From a virus, in IMG/VR virus record IMGVR_UViG_3300037313_001261, positions 783 through 64,782 of that record: a DNA stretch of 64,000 nucleotides; one strand, given 5' to 3'. The notes under the pieces were generated by a model, which saw nothing but the letters and a program-made list of their open reading frames with translations, was not told where the DNA came from and did not search any database. This document shows positions 48,231 to 57,025 of the stretch, piece by piece. Each line of letters starts with the position of its first letter. Position 1 is the stretch's first letter. A program made the position numbers and the translations under genes.

Positions 48231-48438
48231 CCTCGACTGGAAGCCGTACCGCGTTGATGGCTCGGCCAAGCGGGCTACGTTGCTGATCAACGGGCGGTTG
48301 ATTGAGGTTTTCGCGTGGTCGGACGGGCTCTATGACTTGTACTGCGAGGTTGGCAACAAGGTTTACTACGACGTCGACCCGCTCAACGCGCAGTGTCTTC
48401 TCAACGCCCATGCGCAGGAACTGACCGATGCACCCTGA
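48217..48438 (+). CDS. Small paralog family member
   Basis: MRLCDLDW ... VDPLNAQCLLNAH. Confidence 0.8.
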   Translation: MRLCDLDWKPYRVDGSAKRATLLINGRLIEVFAWSDGLYDLYCEVGNKVYYDVDPLNAQCLLNAHAQELTDAP

Positions 48439-48700
48439 ATTCAAGAAATATCTCGAGCAGTCGGCGTATCTCTACAAGAACGCACCAACGCATACGCCGA
48501 GTACGGCCGACCAGAAGCGCCGCTTCATGGCGCGCAAGGCGCACGAGTTCACCTGCCCGCAGTGCGGTGCCGCGGAGAACGCCAACTGTGTCGAGATTAC
48601 CAAGGCCCGCAACAAGGCAGGCTACCGCAAGCGCACCATCAGCCGGTGGTATCCGCACGAATCGCGGCTCACCAAGGCGCATCTGATCTACGGTGACTAG
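48428..48700 (+). CDS. Zinc-finger protein
   Basis: CPQCGAAENANC...PHESR. Confidence 0.6.
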   Translation: MHPEFKKYLEQSAYLYKNAPTHTPSTADQKRRFMARKAHEFTCPQCGAAENANCVEITKARNKAGYRKRTISRWYPHESRLTKAHLIYGD

Positions 48701-48766
48701 AGGAGGTGCCAACCCAAACACCTGATCCGTGAGTTAAATCCACCCATTACCGCGTGAGGTAAAATC

Positions 48767-49045
48767 GTGAGTAAGACACCAACCCCCCACTACCGCATCA
48801 TCTGGGCCCAGTACGGCGTCAAGCGCGTGCGCTACCACGGCAAGCTGTGTCCACCCACCTTCGTTGGCGACGTCGAGTATCGCTCGCGCTATGCCGCCAG
48901 CACCCGGGCCGAGCAGGTCTATGATTTGAGCGGCGGCAAGGTCCAGGCGATCGCGCTACTCAAAGTCACCCCCAAGCCAAGGAGTAAAACATGGCACGGT
49001 TCTACGGCACCGTCCAAGGCGGGCGCGGACAAGCATCACGCTTAG
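48767..49045 (+). CDS. Hypothetical protein
   Basis: GTG start after the motif. Confidence 0.5.
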   Translation: MSKTPTPHYRIIWAQYGVKRVRYHGKLCPPTFVGDVEYRSRYAASTRAEQVYDLSGGKVQAIALLKVTPKPRSKTWHGSTAPSKAGADKHHA

Positions 49046-49272
49046 GGCACGCCAACACTGGGCTGGACGTTACCGCCCAGTCCTATTCCGGTGATGTTGT
49101 GATCAATCTGTTCAATGTGAACGGGGAAGACCACGTTCGTATCGTTGCTAGAGAACATAAAGGAGGTGTTGCGACCCAACTCTATATTGGCCCCATCAAG
49201 GAGCTGTTGAAGCCGGCAGCGCGCTTGGAGTTCTTCCAGCAAGCTGCTAAAGATGCACTCACCAACTGCTAG
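48991..49272 (+). CDS. Hypothetical protein
   Basis: AAGGAG RBS, MARFYGTVQGGRGQASRLG. Confidence 0.65.
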   Translation: MARFYGTVQGGRGQASRLGHANTGLDVTAQSYSGDVVINLFNVNGEDHVRIVAREHKGGVATQLYIGPIKELLKPAARLEFFQQAAKDALTNC

Positions 49273-49300
49273 CCCACCACGCTAGAAGGGAACACCTATC

Positions 49301-50029
49301 ATGCCAGCACTCTCCGACAAGCGAGAGCAACTGCTCTATGGCGTCATCGACGACCTTGCGAAGCGGGTCATCAACGCCACCGTTACCCCGAAGGTAACCC
49401 ACGCCCACCTGCTCGATCTGTTCGTCAAGCCCGAGGACCACGACGCGGTCAAGAAGGCACGCAAGCTGTTCCGGCACACCGCGGGCGGCGAATTCCTTGT
49501 GCAGACGCCGTTCAAGCTCGAAGGCGTCGGCGACTTCACCCTGCGCATCAAATCGAGCGAGGCGAAGAACAAGAAGCCGTTCATGCACCCCTACTACATG
49601 GGCAGCGAGCTCTACGCCACCGAGGAGCACGAGGGCTACCAGGCGATGATGGCCTGGCTCAAGGCGCGCTACGAGGTTGGCCGGCAGTGGGGAATGGTTC
49701 GTGCCGTGCTGCAGGACCTCAACGCCAAGTGCACCACCTCGGCCCAGATGCGGTTCTTCTGGCCTGGCATTGCTACCCTGGCGGGTAAGCATCCGGATCT
49801 GCAGGACTTCGCCGACCGGCTGCGCGATGCCAACACGCCCTCGAGCATCCCCAAGATCCACCCGACGCTGCGCGAGGCGTGCAAGACCACGATGCAGACC
49901 CTGACCATGGGCGCGCTGCTGTCGAAGGACTTGAAGGAGCGCGAGCCTGAGCCGGTCGAGCTGGAGATTTCACAGCGTCCGCCGATCAAGCGGCCGTGGG
50001 GCGGCACCGGCACGATGCCGTTCCTGTGA
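49301..50029 (+). CDS. Hypothetical protein, 242 aa
   Basis: Good codon bias and RBS. Confidence 0.7.
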   Translation: MPALSDKREQLLYGVIDDLAKRVINATVTPKVTHAHLLDLFVKPEDHDAVKKARKLFRHTAGGEFLVQTPFKLEGVGDFTLRIKSSEAKNKKPFMHPYYMGSELYATEEHEGYQAMMAWLKARYEVGRQWGMVRAVLQDLNAKCTTSAQMRFFWPGIATLAGKHPDLQDFADRLRDANTPSSIPKIHPTLREACKTTMQTLTMGALLSKDLKEREPEPVELEISQRPPIKRPWGGTGTMPFL

Positions 50030-50173
50030 GCATTCCTGCAAATGAAAATGGCGGCGGTCCCCACCACGAGACCGCCGCCGTATCCACCAACTTACCCTAG
50101 TCAGGTAACACCCAAAGCCAATGGGTACACAACATTTAGTACTCATGGCCAAGTGAGTCAACAGGGGCTAGTG

Positions 50174-52063
50174 ATGCAAACCCATTACCTTATCCTCGAC
50201 TACGAGACTTTCTACAGCAAGGATTACTCCCTAAAGAAGCTTACCCCCGTTGAGTACGTTCTCGACCCCCGCTTTGAGGTGGTCGGCGTGGCGGCGATCG
50301 AGGGAATCAATGGACAAGCACAGTGGCTTGATCCGACCCAATTCCTGCAACTCCTCCTGAAATACCGGCGTTTGCAGTTGAATGGGGATAAAGTCGTGGT
50401 GATCACCCACAACGCCTTGTTCGACTGCTGCATCCTCCGTTGGAGGTACGGGTTTTTGCCGGATCTGATGATCGACACCCTGGGGATGGCGCGCGCCTTG
50501 GTGCAGGCGTTCACGAAGTCGTGCTCGCTCGCCGCGCTTGCCACCTACTACGGCCTGGCGCCCAAGGGCGGCACCGTCGCCAACGTCATCGGCATGACCC
50601 GGCAGGACATCATCCGCAACGGCCTGTGGGACGCCTACGGCGAGTACTCCTGCCACGACGCCGAGTTGTGCCGCGACATCTTCCTGCGTATGAAGGTCGA
50701 CTTTCCGAAGCAGGAATACCTGGTGATGGACACCGTGCTGCGCATGGCGGTGCAGCCCCGGTTCAAGCTCAACAGCAACCTGCTGGCGCAGTACCACAAC
50801 GAGGTCATCGTCGAGAAGGACGGCTTGCTGCAGAAGGCCGGGCTGTTCGACCGCGACCAGCTCATGTCGGACGAGATGTTCGCCCTGCTGCTGCGCGCCT
50901 ATGGCGTCGAGCCGGAAACCAAGATCTCGTTCAAGACCGGCAAGGAAACCTTTGCTTTTGCCAAGACCGACCAGTTCATGGCCGACCTTGAGGAGCACCC
51001 GGATCCCCGCGTGCAGGCGCTCGCCGCTGCCCGGCTCGGGCACAAGTCGACGATCGAGGAGACGCGCTCGAAGCGGATGCTCGATATCTCGCTGATTACC
51101 TGGCCGGGTAAGATCGGCACCGGGCTGTTCCCGATCCCCTTACGCTATGCCGGGGCGCACACCCACCGGCTCTCCGGCGACTGGAAGCTCAACGCCCAGA
51201 ACTGGGCCCGCGGCGGCACCATCCGCCGGGCGGTCGAGGCGCCCCCCGGGTACACCGTCGTGACCTGCGACGCATCGCAGATCGAGGCGCGCCTGGTGGC
51301 CTGGTTCTGCGGTCAGGATGACCTGGTGCAGGACTTCGCCAACCGGGTCGACATCTATTCCAAGTTCGCCGGCGAGGAGGTCTACCACTACCCGGTCGAC
51401 AAGAAGAACAACCCGGAGGAGCGCTTTGTCGGCAAGCAGGTCATCCTTGGCTGCGGCTTCGGCGTCGGCGGCAAGAAGTTCTGCACCATGATCAACACCC
51501 TCTCCCGCCTGCAGCTCGGCAAGGAGATGAACGCCACCGAGGACTGGGCCAAGACCGTCGTGAACGCTTACCGACGTCGGTATTCGAAGATCAAGGACGG
51601 CTGGGACTTCTTCACCCAGATGTTCCCGCAGCTCGCCAGCACGGACACGAACGTGCAGTGGGGCCCGATCACCTTCCACAAGCAGTACATCGAGGGCCCG
51701 ACGGGTCTCAAGCTGTTCTATCACAACTTGCGCCAGGAGGTGGTCAAGGGCTCGGTGTCGTGGGTGTGCGACTACGCCGGCCGGCGCAAGTTCCTGCACG
51801 GCGGGCTGATGATGGAGAACACCATCCAGCACCTCGCGCGCTGCTTCATCTTCGAGGTCGCGCTCGCCATGCGCAAGCGCTTCCCCGCGATCCAGCTCGC
51901 GCACCAGGTTCACGACGAGCTGATCTACCTCGTGCCGAATGCCCAAGTGGCGGAGTTCAAGCAAGCCCTTCTCGATCAGATGCGCACGCCTCCGGCCTGG
52001 GCCCCTGGGCTTCCGGTCGACGGCGAGGCGGGCGAGGGTGCCAACTACGGAGAAGCGAAGTGA
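50174..52063 (+). CDS. DNA polymerase family A with 3'-5' exonuclease
   Basis: Exo motifs LDYET and HNALFD, motif A DASQIEAR, motif B RFVGKQVILGCGFG, motif C QVHDE. Confidence 0.92.
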   Translation: MQTHYLILDYETFYSKDYSLKKLTPVEYVLDPRFEVVGVAAIEGINGQAQWLDPTQFLQLLLKYRRLQLNGDKVVVITHNALFDCCILRWRYGFLPDLMIDTLGMARALVQAFTKSCSLAALATYYGLAPKGGTVANVIGMTRQDIIRNGLWDAYGEYSCHDAELCRDIFLRMKVDFPKQEYLVMDTVLRMAVQPRFKLNSNLLAQYHNEVIVEKDGLLQKAGLFDRDQLMSDEMFALLLRAYGVEPETKISFKTGKETFAFAKTDQFMADLEEHPDPRVQALAAARLGHKSTIEETRSKRMLDISLITWPGKIGTGLFPIPLRYAGAHTHRLSGDWKLNAQNWARGGTIRRAVEAPPGYTVVTCDASQIEARLVAWFCGQDDLVQDFANRVDIYSKFAGEEVYHYPVDKKNNPEERFVGKQVILGCGFGVGGKKFCTMINTLSRLQLGKEMNATEDWAKTVVNAYRRRYSKIKDGWDFFTQMFPQLASTDTNVQWGPITFHKQYIEGPTGLKLFYHNLRQEVVKGSVSWVCDYAGRRKFLHGGLMMENTIQHLARCFIFEVALAMRKRFPAIQLAHQVHDELIYLVPNAQVAEFKQALLDQMRTPPAWAPGLPVDGEAGEGANYGEAK

Positions 52064-52326
52064 TGCAGTTCAAGGATCTCAAGTTCGCGCCATGGCGCGA
52101 CGACGCCGTTTGGCTGAGCAGCCAGCCGCTGCGCTACAAGGGCCAGGGCCCTGCGTTCCTGTTTCATGCGAAAGACTGGAAGTACGGCAAGAATGTTTTT
52201 GACCTCGATGTGGAGCGGTCAGACGGCAGCCTTAAGACGCTGCACGAGGATCTCAGTCTCTTGGAGCTCTGCGCCGGCATCCTGCCGTTCTGTGAGCTGC
52301 TACCCCAGGAGGTAACCGATGCTTGA
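52063..52326 (+). CDS. Hypothetical protein, possible outlying member of the paralog family
   Basis: MQFKDLKF ... LSLLELCAGIL, ends over a near-motif. Confidence 0.55.
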   Translation: MQFKDLKFAPWRDDAVWLSSQPLRYKGQGPAFLFHAKDWKYGKNVFDLDVERSDGSLKTLHEDLSLLELCAGILPFCELLPQEVTDA

Positions 52327-52537
52327 TCGCATCTACTTCATCCTGCGGCACAAGACGACGGGCGAGATCATCAAGCAGCAGGGGCGCTCGGGTGAACTGC
52401 TCGATCGCCCGTCGCTTTATATCAGCGAGCACCGCGCCAAGTTCGCGCGCTCGTCGCGGCAGTGGGATGTTGACTATCCGCAAGACTGGGAGATCGTGCC
52501 GGTGAAGATCGTCGAGGTTAAAAACTCGTCATCATAG
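52319..52537 (+). CDS. Hypothetical protein
   Basis: AGGAGG RBS within a near-motif. Confidence 0.6.
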   Translation: MLDRIYFILRHKTTGEIIKQQGRSGELLDRPSLYISEHRAKFARSSRQWDVDYPQDWEIVPVKIVEVKNSSS

Positions 52538-52549
52538 TTAAAAAAGGTA

Positions 52550-52577
52550 TTGACACCCCTATTCCAGCCCCCATAAT
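52550..52577 (+). promoter_or_regulatory. Sigma70-like promoter
   Basis: TTGACA-16 nt-CATAAT with an upstream A-tract. Confidence 0.6.
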
Positions 52578-52759
52578 AGCAACTTGGACGTAGAACCTTC
52601 CTTCCCGGTTCGGCTTCTATTTCCTCCCGGAATGCGAAAACTTGGTGAATGTTTAACATTCACCCCCTTTTCGCTTGTGTGCCCACCACGCAAACACAGG
52701 CGAAACCAGGGTCTAGTCAGGTCAAACTTGGATGTTACCCAGTCGGTAAACCGTTCCGT

Positions 52760-52795
52760 CCCCCCACCGGCCTTGCGCCGGTGGGGGGTCTTTTC
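52760..52795 (+). terminator. Intrinsic terminator
   Basis: ccccccaccggc-cttgc-gccggtgggggg followed by tctttt. Confidence 0.7.
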
Positions 52796-52806
52796 ATGAG
52801 GCTTCC

Positions 52807-53217
52807 ATGGCAAGCGAATATCTCGACTACAACGGCACGGTCACGTTGTTTGGCCAGCTGATGATCCGTCTGCACCGCGGGAACGTCTGGTTGCGCGAAG
52901 GTCAGCTCTCGCGGTCGGGCTACAACGGCATCGAGATCATCGACGTGCGCCAGTACGGCGACGAGGTGCACATCTACGTCGACACCAAAAAGGTCGCACC
53001 GTTCACCATGAAGGACGACGCCAATCTGTTTCCCAGCGATGGCTTGATCACGCAGTTCCAGGTGCTGGCGCCGGAGCCGCCCGAGAACATCGCCACGGAT
53101 GGCATCACTATGTACGCCAAGAATCAGTCGGGCGCGGTGCAGTCCGTCAACTTGCCAGCCAGCCAGCTCATCAATGGCACACTGCTTGGCAGTAAGATCG
53201 TCAAAACCACCATCTAA
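52807..53217 (+). CDS. Hypothetical protein
   Basis: 136 aa ORF. Confidence 0.6.
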   Translation: MASEYLDYNGTVTLFGQLMIRLHRGNVWLREGQLSRSGYNGIEIIDVRQYGDEVHIYVDTKKVAPFTMKDDANLFPSDGLITQFQVLAPEPPENIATDGITMYAKNQSGAVQSVNLPASQLINGTLLGSKIVKTTI

Positions 53218-53233
53218 TTACCCGTGAGGTAAC

Positions 53234-53953
53234 ATGAACGCCGTCACCACCCGCCGTGCCCCAGCCAAGCCCAAGCCGTTCGCCTGGAGCTACTCCAAGC
53301 TCAAGAACTTCGAGACCTGCCCCAAGCGGCACTGGCATATTGATATTGCAAAAGATGTCAGCGAGCCGGAGAGCGAGCAGCTCAAGTACGGCAACGTCGT
53401 GCACACCGTGATGGCGCAGTACATTCAGCACGGCACGCAGATGCCGCCGGCGCTCGAGATGGAGCTGCGGCCGTTCGCCGATCGCGTGTTCGACTGGAAG
53501 GGCGTCGATGTGCGCTCACGTGGTGCCACCGTCGAGGTCGAGCAGCAATACGCGATCACCGCGGATCTCGGGCCGACCGAGTGGTTCGGCAAGGATGCGT
53601 GGTTTCGTGGCATCGGCGACGTCGTGTGGGAGCTCGGGCCGCTGTGCTTCATCGGCGACTGGAAGACCGGCAAGATCCTGGAGGACACGCCGCAGCTGAT
53701 CCTGATGGCGGCGTGCATCTTCGCCCACAAGCCGCACATCCAGATGGTGCGCTCGCAGTTCATCTGGCTGAAAGAAGACGCCGAGACCACCTACGACGTC
53801 AAGCGCGCCGACATGCCCGCCCACTGGGCCAACCTGCTGCCGCGCGTCCAGCAGATGGTTGAGGCGCACCGCCAGATGAATTTCCCGGCCAAGCCGTCGG
53901 GGCTGTGCAAGCGCTGGTGCCCAGTGAAACAGTGTCCACACAACGGGGGCTAG
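53234..53953 (+). CDS. PD-(D/E)xK Cas4/RecB-like exonuclease
   Basis: WSYSKLKNFETCP, RGIGD, GDWKTGK and C-terminal CKRWCPVKQC. Confidence 0.85.
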   Translation: MNAVTTRRAPAKPKPFAWSYSKLKNFETCPKRHWHIDIAKDVSEPESEQLKYGNVVHTVMAQYIQHGTQMPPALEMELRPFADRVFDWKGVDVRSRGATVEVEQQYAITADLGPTEWFGKDAWFRGIGDVVWELGPLCFIGDWKTGKILEDTPQLILMAACIFAHKPHIQMVRSQFIWLKEDAETTYDVKRADMPAHWANLLPRVQQMVEAHRQMNFPAKPSGLCKRWCPVKQCPHNGG

Positions 53954-53954
53954 G

Positions 53955-54254
53955 ATGGGCAAGCCTTACCACATCCCAGTACCGGACTATACTGTGGGCA
54001 TGACCCACACCCTGCCGTCTAAACACCTGCTCGAGATGCACCAGGCCCAGGCTTACCTGCAGGCGCAAGTACCCAGCGGGGTAACGGTCACGCAGGTCGA
54101 GCGCCTGGAGTGGCCGAACGGCCAGTACACCTGGAGCATCGGGGTCTATGTCAATGCGCTGGCGCAGCCGGTGGTGATCACCACCCTGCCGAGCGGCACC
54201 CCGACGCTGCCGCTGCAGGAAATCATGAACAAAGCGAATCTCCTGGGGGCGTAA
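53955..54254 (+). CDS. Hypothetical protein
   Basis: Tightly packed ORF. Confidence 0.5.
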   Translation: MGKPYHIPVPDYTVGMTHTLPSKHLLEMHQAQAYLQAQVPSGVTVTQVERLEWPNGQYTWSIGVYVNALAQPVVITTLPSGTPTLPLQEIMNKANLLGA

Positions 54255-54584
54255 ATGGGCATGACGCCGGAAGGGTTCGTCAAGAACGACATCAAGAAAC
54301 TGCTCAAGAAATACCAGGCGCATGTCTGGTACAACATGCCGGTGCCGTCAGGTTACGGCGTGTCGACTGTCGACTTCATCGGGCACTGCTGCGGGCGGTT
54401 CTTTATCGTCGAGACCAAGGCCGAGGGCAAGGAGCCGACCCAGCTGCAGCTCAACATGATGAACGACAGCGATTCGAAGGGGGGCATCTCGTTTACGGTC
54501 ATCGGGCGCAACTCACCACAGCTTAAAGCGCTCGAGGACTGGATCATCACCACCATCCTAGCATCAGGACACCAACTGCAATGA
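54255..54584 (+). CDS. VRR-NUC domain nuclease / Holliday junction resolvase
   Basis: TPEGFVK...VDFIG...FIVETKAEGKEPTQLQ. Confidence 0.8.
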   Translation: MGMTPEGFVKNDIKKLLKKYQAHVWYNMPVPSGYGVSTVDFIGHCCGRFFIVETKAEGKEPTQLQLNMMNDSDSKGGISFTVIGRNSPQLKALEDWIITTILASGHQLQ

Positions 54585-54723
54585 CCGACCGTCAGCTCTG
54601 TGAAGAACAATGGAACTCCCCCACGCTTGGCTCGGCCGTGCGCCGGGTGAAGTGGAAGCGCGAGCGCTATTACACCCGCACCGATGGGGCCGTGATCAAG
54701 CTCGTGGTCAACCGGAGTCGCAA

Positions 54724-56295
54724 ATGACCGTACTCGTCTCACACAAGCATCGCCAGGTTGGGGTGCCGGTCACCGCCCAGCTCAAGAACCTGTTCCCGGT
54801 GGCGCCGGTGATTACCCACGCCGGTAACGAGCTGATCCTGCTCAAGCATGAGATCGTGGAAACCAAGCTCCTGCGCAACATGGGCCATGAGGTGCCGGCG
54901 CCGGTGCTGACCGGCTACGACTGGGCCGGCGGCACGCCGTTCGAGGTGCAGAAGAAAACCGTTGGCCTCCTCACCATGGAGCCGCGCGCCTATGTGCTCA
55001 ACGGCATGGGCACCGGCAAGACCAAGAGTGCGCTCTGGGCCTACGATTACCTGCGGGGTAAGGGTCTGTGTCACCGGGCGCTGATCATCGCCCCGCTCTC
55101 GACCTTGAACTTCACCTGGGCGAAGGAGATCTTCGCCACCATCCCGCACAGGACGTTCTCCGTTGTCCATTCTCCCAACCGCGAGCGGCGACTTAAGCGC
55201 CTGGATCAAGAATCCGACATATACATCACAAACCCAGATGGTCTTAGTACGATCTGGGAGAGGCTTCGTACCCGTCACGACATTGATTGCATCATCATTG
55301 ACGAGCTGGCAATGTTCCGTAACGCATCCTCTAACCGTGGCAAGCTGGCAGCGCGTTTGGTCAACCAACCCCACATCAAATGGGCCTGGGGGATGACCGG
55401 CTCACCGACCCCGAACGAGCCGACCGACGCGTTCGGGCAGTGCAAGATCATCACCCCCGGCACGGTGCCGAAGTACTTTGGCAAGTTCCGCGACCAGGTC
55501 ATGACCAAGGTGACCCAGTTCAAGTACGTGCCCAAGCCCGAAGCCAACGAGACGGTGTTTCAGGTGATGCAACCGGCCGTGCGCTTCACGCTTGACGACG
55601 TGGTGGAACTGCCGGAAGTGATCGAGCGCACCATTGACCTCGACCTGGGTGCGAAGCAGGGGAAGGTGTATGAGGAGTTACGCAAGCACGCTTTTGCCCT
55701 GGCTGAGCAAGGTGCCATCACGGCCGTCAACGCGGGTGCTGTACTCAATAAACTCCTCCAAGTCAGTCTTGGTTACGTGTACGGCTCACCGGACGAAGCC
55801 GGGGTCCGACCGGTCATTGAACTCGATAACGATCTGCGTCTCGACGCGCTCACCGACGCCATCCTCTCGACGGACCATAAGGTTCTGGTTTTCGTGCCGT
55901 TTACCCACGCGCTCGACGGTATCGCTCGAAAACTGAGACACGAGGGCATCGACCACGCGCTCGTGCATGGCGGCGTGTCGAAGCGGGCCCGCGACGACAT
56001 CTTTGCGGCGTTCCAGGGCTCGTCGAAGTACAAGGTCATCGCCGCCCACCCCAACACCATGAGCCACGGCCTGACCCTGACGGCAGCCTCGACGGTGATC
56101 TGGTTTGGGCCGACCACCTCGCTCGAAGTGTTCGAGCAGGCCAATGCCAGAGTGAGAAGAATAGGACAACGCCATAAACAACAAATTCTTATGTTCCAGT
56201 CGACTGCCGCCGAGCGCAAGATCTACACACGGCTGCGTCAGAAACAGTCGGTGCAGAACGACCTCTTGGACATGTTCGCGTCCCAGGATGTCTAA
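54724..56295 (+). CDS. SNF2-like DEAD/H helicase
   Basis: GMGTGKT, IIDE, MTGSP, HGLTLT and QANARVRRIGQ. Confidence 0.9.
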   Translation: MTVLVSHKHRQVGVPVTAQLKNLFPVAPVITHAGNELILLKHEIVETKLLRNMGHEVPAPVLTGYDWAGGTPFEVQKKTVGLLTMEPRAYVLNGMGTGKTKSALWAYDYLRGKGLCHRALIIAPLSTLNFTWAKEIFATIPHRTFSVVHSPNRERRLKRLDQESDIYITNPDGLSTIWERLRTRHDIDCIIIDELAMFRNASSNRGKLAARLVNQPHIKWAWGMTGSPTPNEPTDAFGQCKIITPGTVPKYFGKFRDQVMTKVTQFKYVPKPEANETVFQVMQPAVRFTLDDVVELPEVIERTIDLDLGAKQGKVYEELRKHAFALAEQGAITAVNAGAVLNKLLQVSLGYVYGSPDEAGVRPVIELDNDLRLDALTDAILSTDHKVLVFVPFTHALDGIARKLRHEGIDHALVHGGVSKRARDDIFAAFQGSSKYKVIAAHPNTMSHGLTLTAASTVIWFGPTTSLEVFEQANARVRRIGQRHKQQILMFQSTAAERKIYTRLRQKQSVQNDLLDMFASQDV

Positions 56296-56325
56296 CCATA
56301 ACACCATCGCATGAAAGGAAATCTG

Positions 56326-56562
56326 ATGGCCCGTAAGAAGACCCCGCCGAAGCCGAGCACAATGCGCGACCCGATGCTGCAACAGGTTCTCGAGATCTTT
56401 CACGGCAGTGACATGAGTGCTGCCAAAGTGGCGGAGAAGTCCGGGATTAGCGTCACCACCATCCGCAACTGGAACTCGGGGAAAACGATGCGGCCCCAGA
56501 ACATCACGATGGAGTTTGCGCTCCGCGCGATGGGCTACAAGCGCGTCATCGTCAAGCAGTAA
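56326..56562 (+). CDS. XRE-like HTH transcriptional regulator
   Basis: MSAAKVAEKSGISVTTIRNWNSGKTMRP. Confidence 0.75.
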   Translation: MARKKTPPKPSTMRDPMLQQVLEIFHGSDMSAAKVAEKSGISVTTIRNWNSGKTMRPQNITMEFALRAMGYKRVIVKQ

Positions 56563-56588
56563 GCCACCACATTACCGACGAGGGTAAC

Positions 56589-57002
56589 ATGTCCACCTTT
56601 GGGGATATCGACATCAAGAAGCGGGCGCAGCAATACATCGACCTGCGCGATAAAATCACCGCAATCAAGAAGCGGCACACCGAGGAGCTGGCGCCTTACA
56701 CCGAGGCGCTGCACAAGCTCAACATGATGCTGCTCGACCACCTCAACTCCATCAACACCGACACCACCGCGGTCAGAGGCGTGGGCACGGTGTACCGGAA
56801 AGAGAACGTGTCGGCGACGCTCGCCGATGCCGAGGCTTTCCGGGACTACGTGATCCAGAGCGGCGACTGGAACATGGCCGATATCAAGGCTAACAAAACC
56901 GCCGTGAAGGATTATGTCGATGAACACGGGACACCGCCCGTGGGCGTCACCTACACCGTCACTTTCGACGTCGGCGTGCGTCGGAGTGGATCTTCCAAGT
57001 AA
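56589..57002 (+). CDS. Conserved phage replication-module protein (hypothetical)
   Basis: YIDLRDKI...GTVYR...PPVGV, start after the motif. Confidence 0.65.
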   Translation: MSTFGDIDIKKRAQQYIDLRDKITAIKKRHTEELAPYTEALHKLNMMLLDHLNSINTDTTAVRGVGTVYRKENVSATLADAEAFRDYVIQSGDWNMADIKANKTAVKDYVDEHGTPPVGVTYTVTFDVGVRRSGSSK

Positions 57003-57025
57003 GCCATCACACAAGAGGTACACCC

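Noticed and set aside
38900-48440. Junction repeats considered as a CRISPR array
   Set aside because: Repeats are degenerate, the intervals are 200-300 nt open reading frames, and there is no cas operon. The Cas4-like gene is the usual phage exonuclease.
38900-48440. Diversity-generating retroelement as the source of the variable paralogs
   Set aside because: No reverse transcriptase, and no near-identical TR/VR pair differing at adenines was seen.
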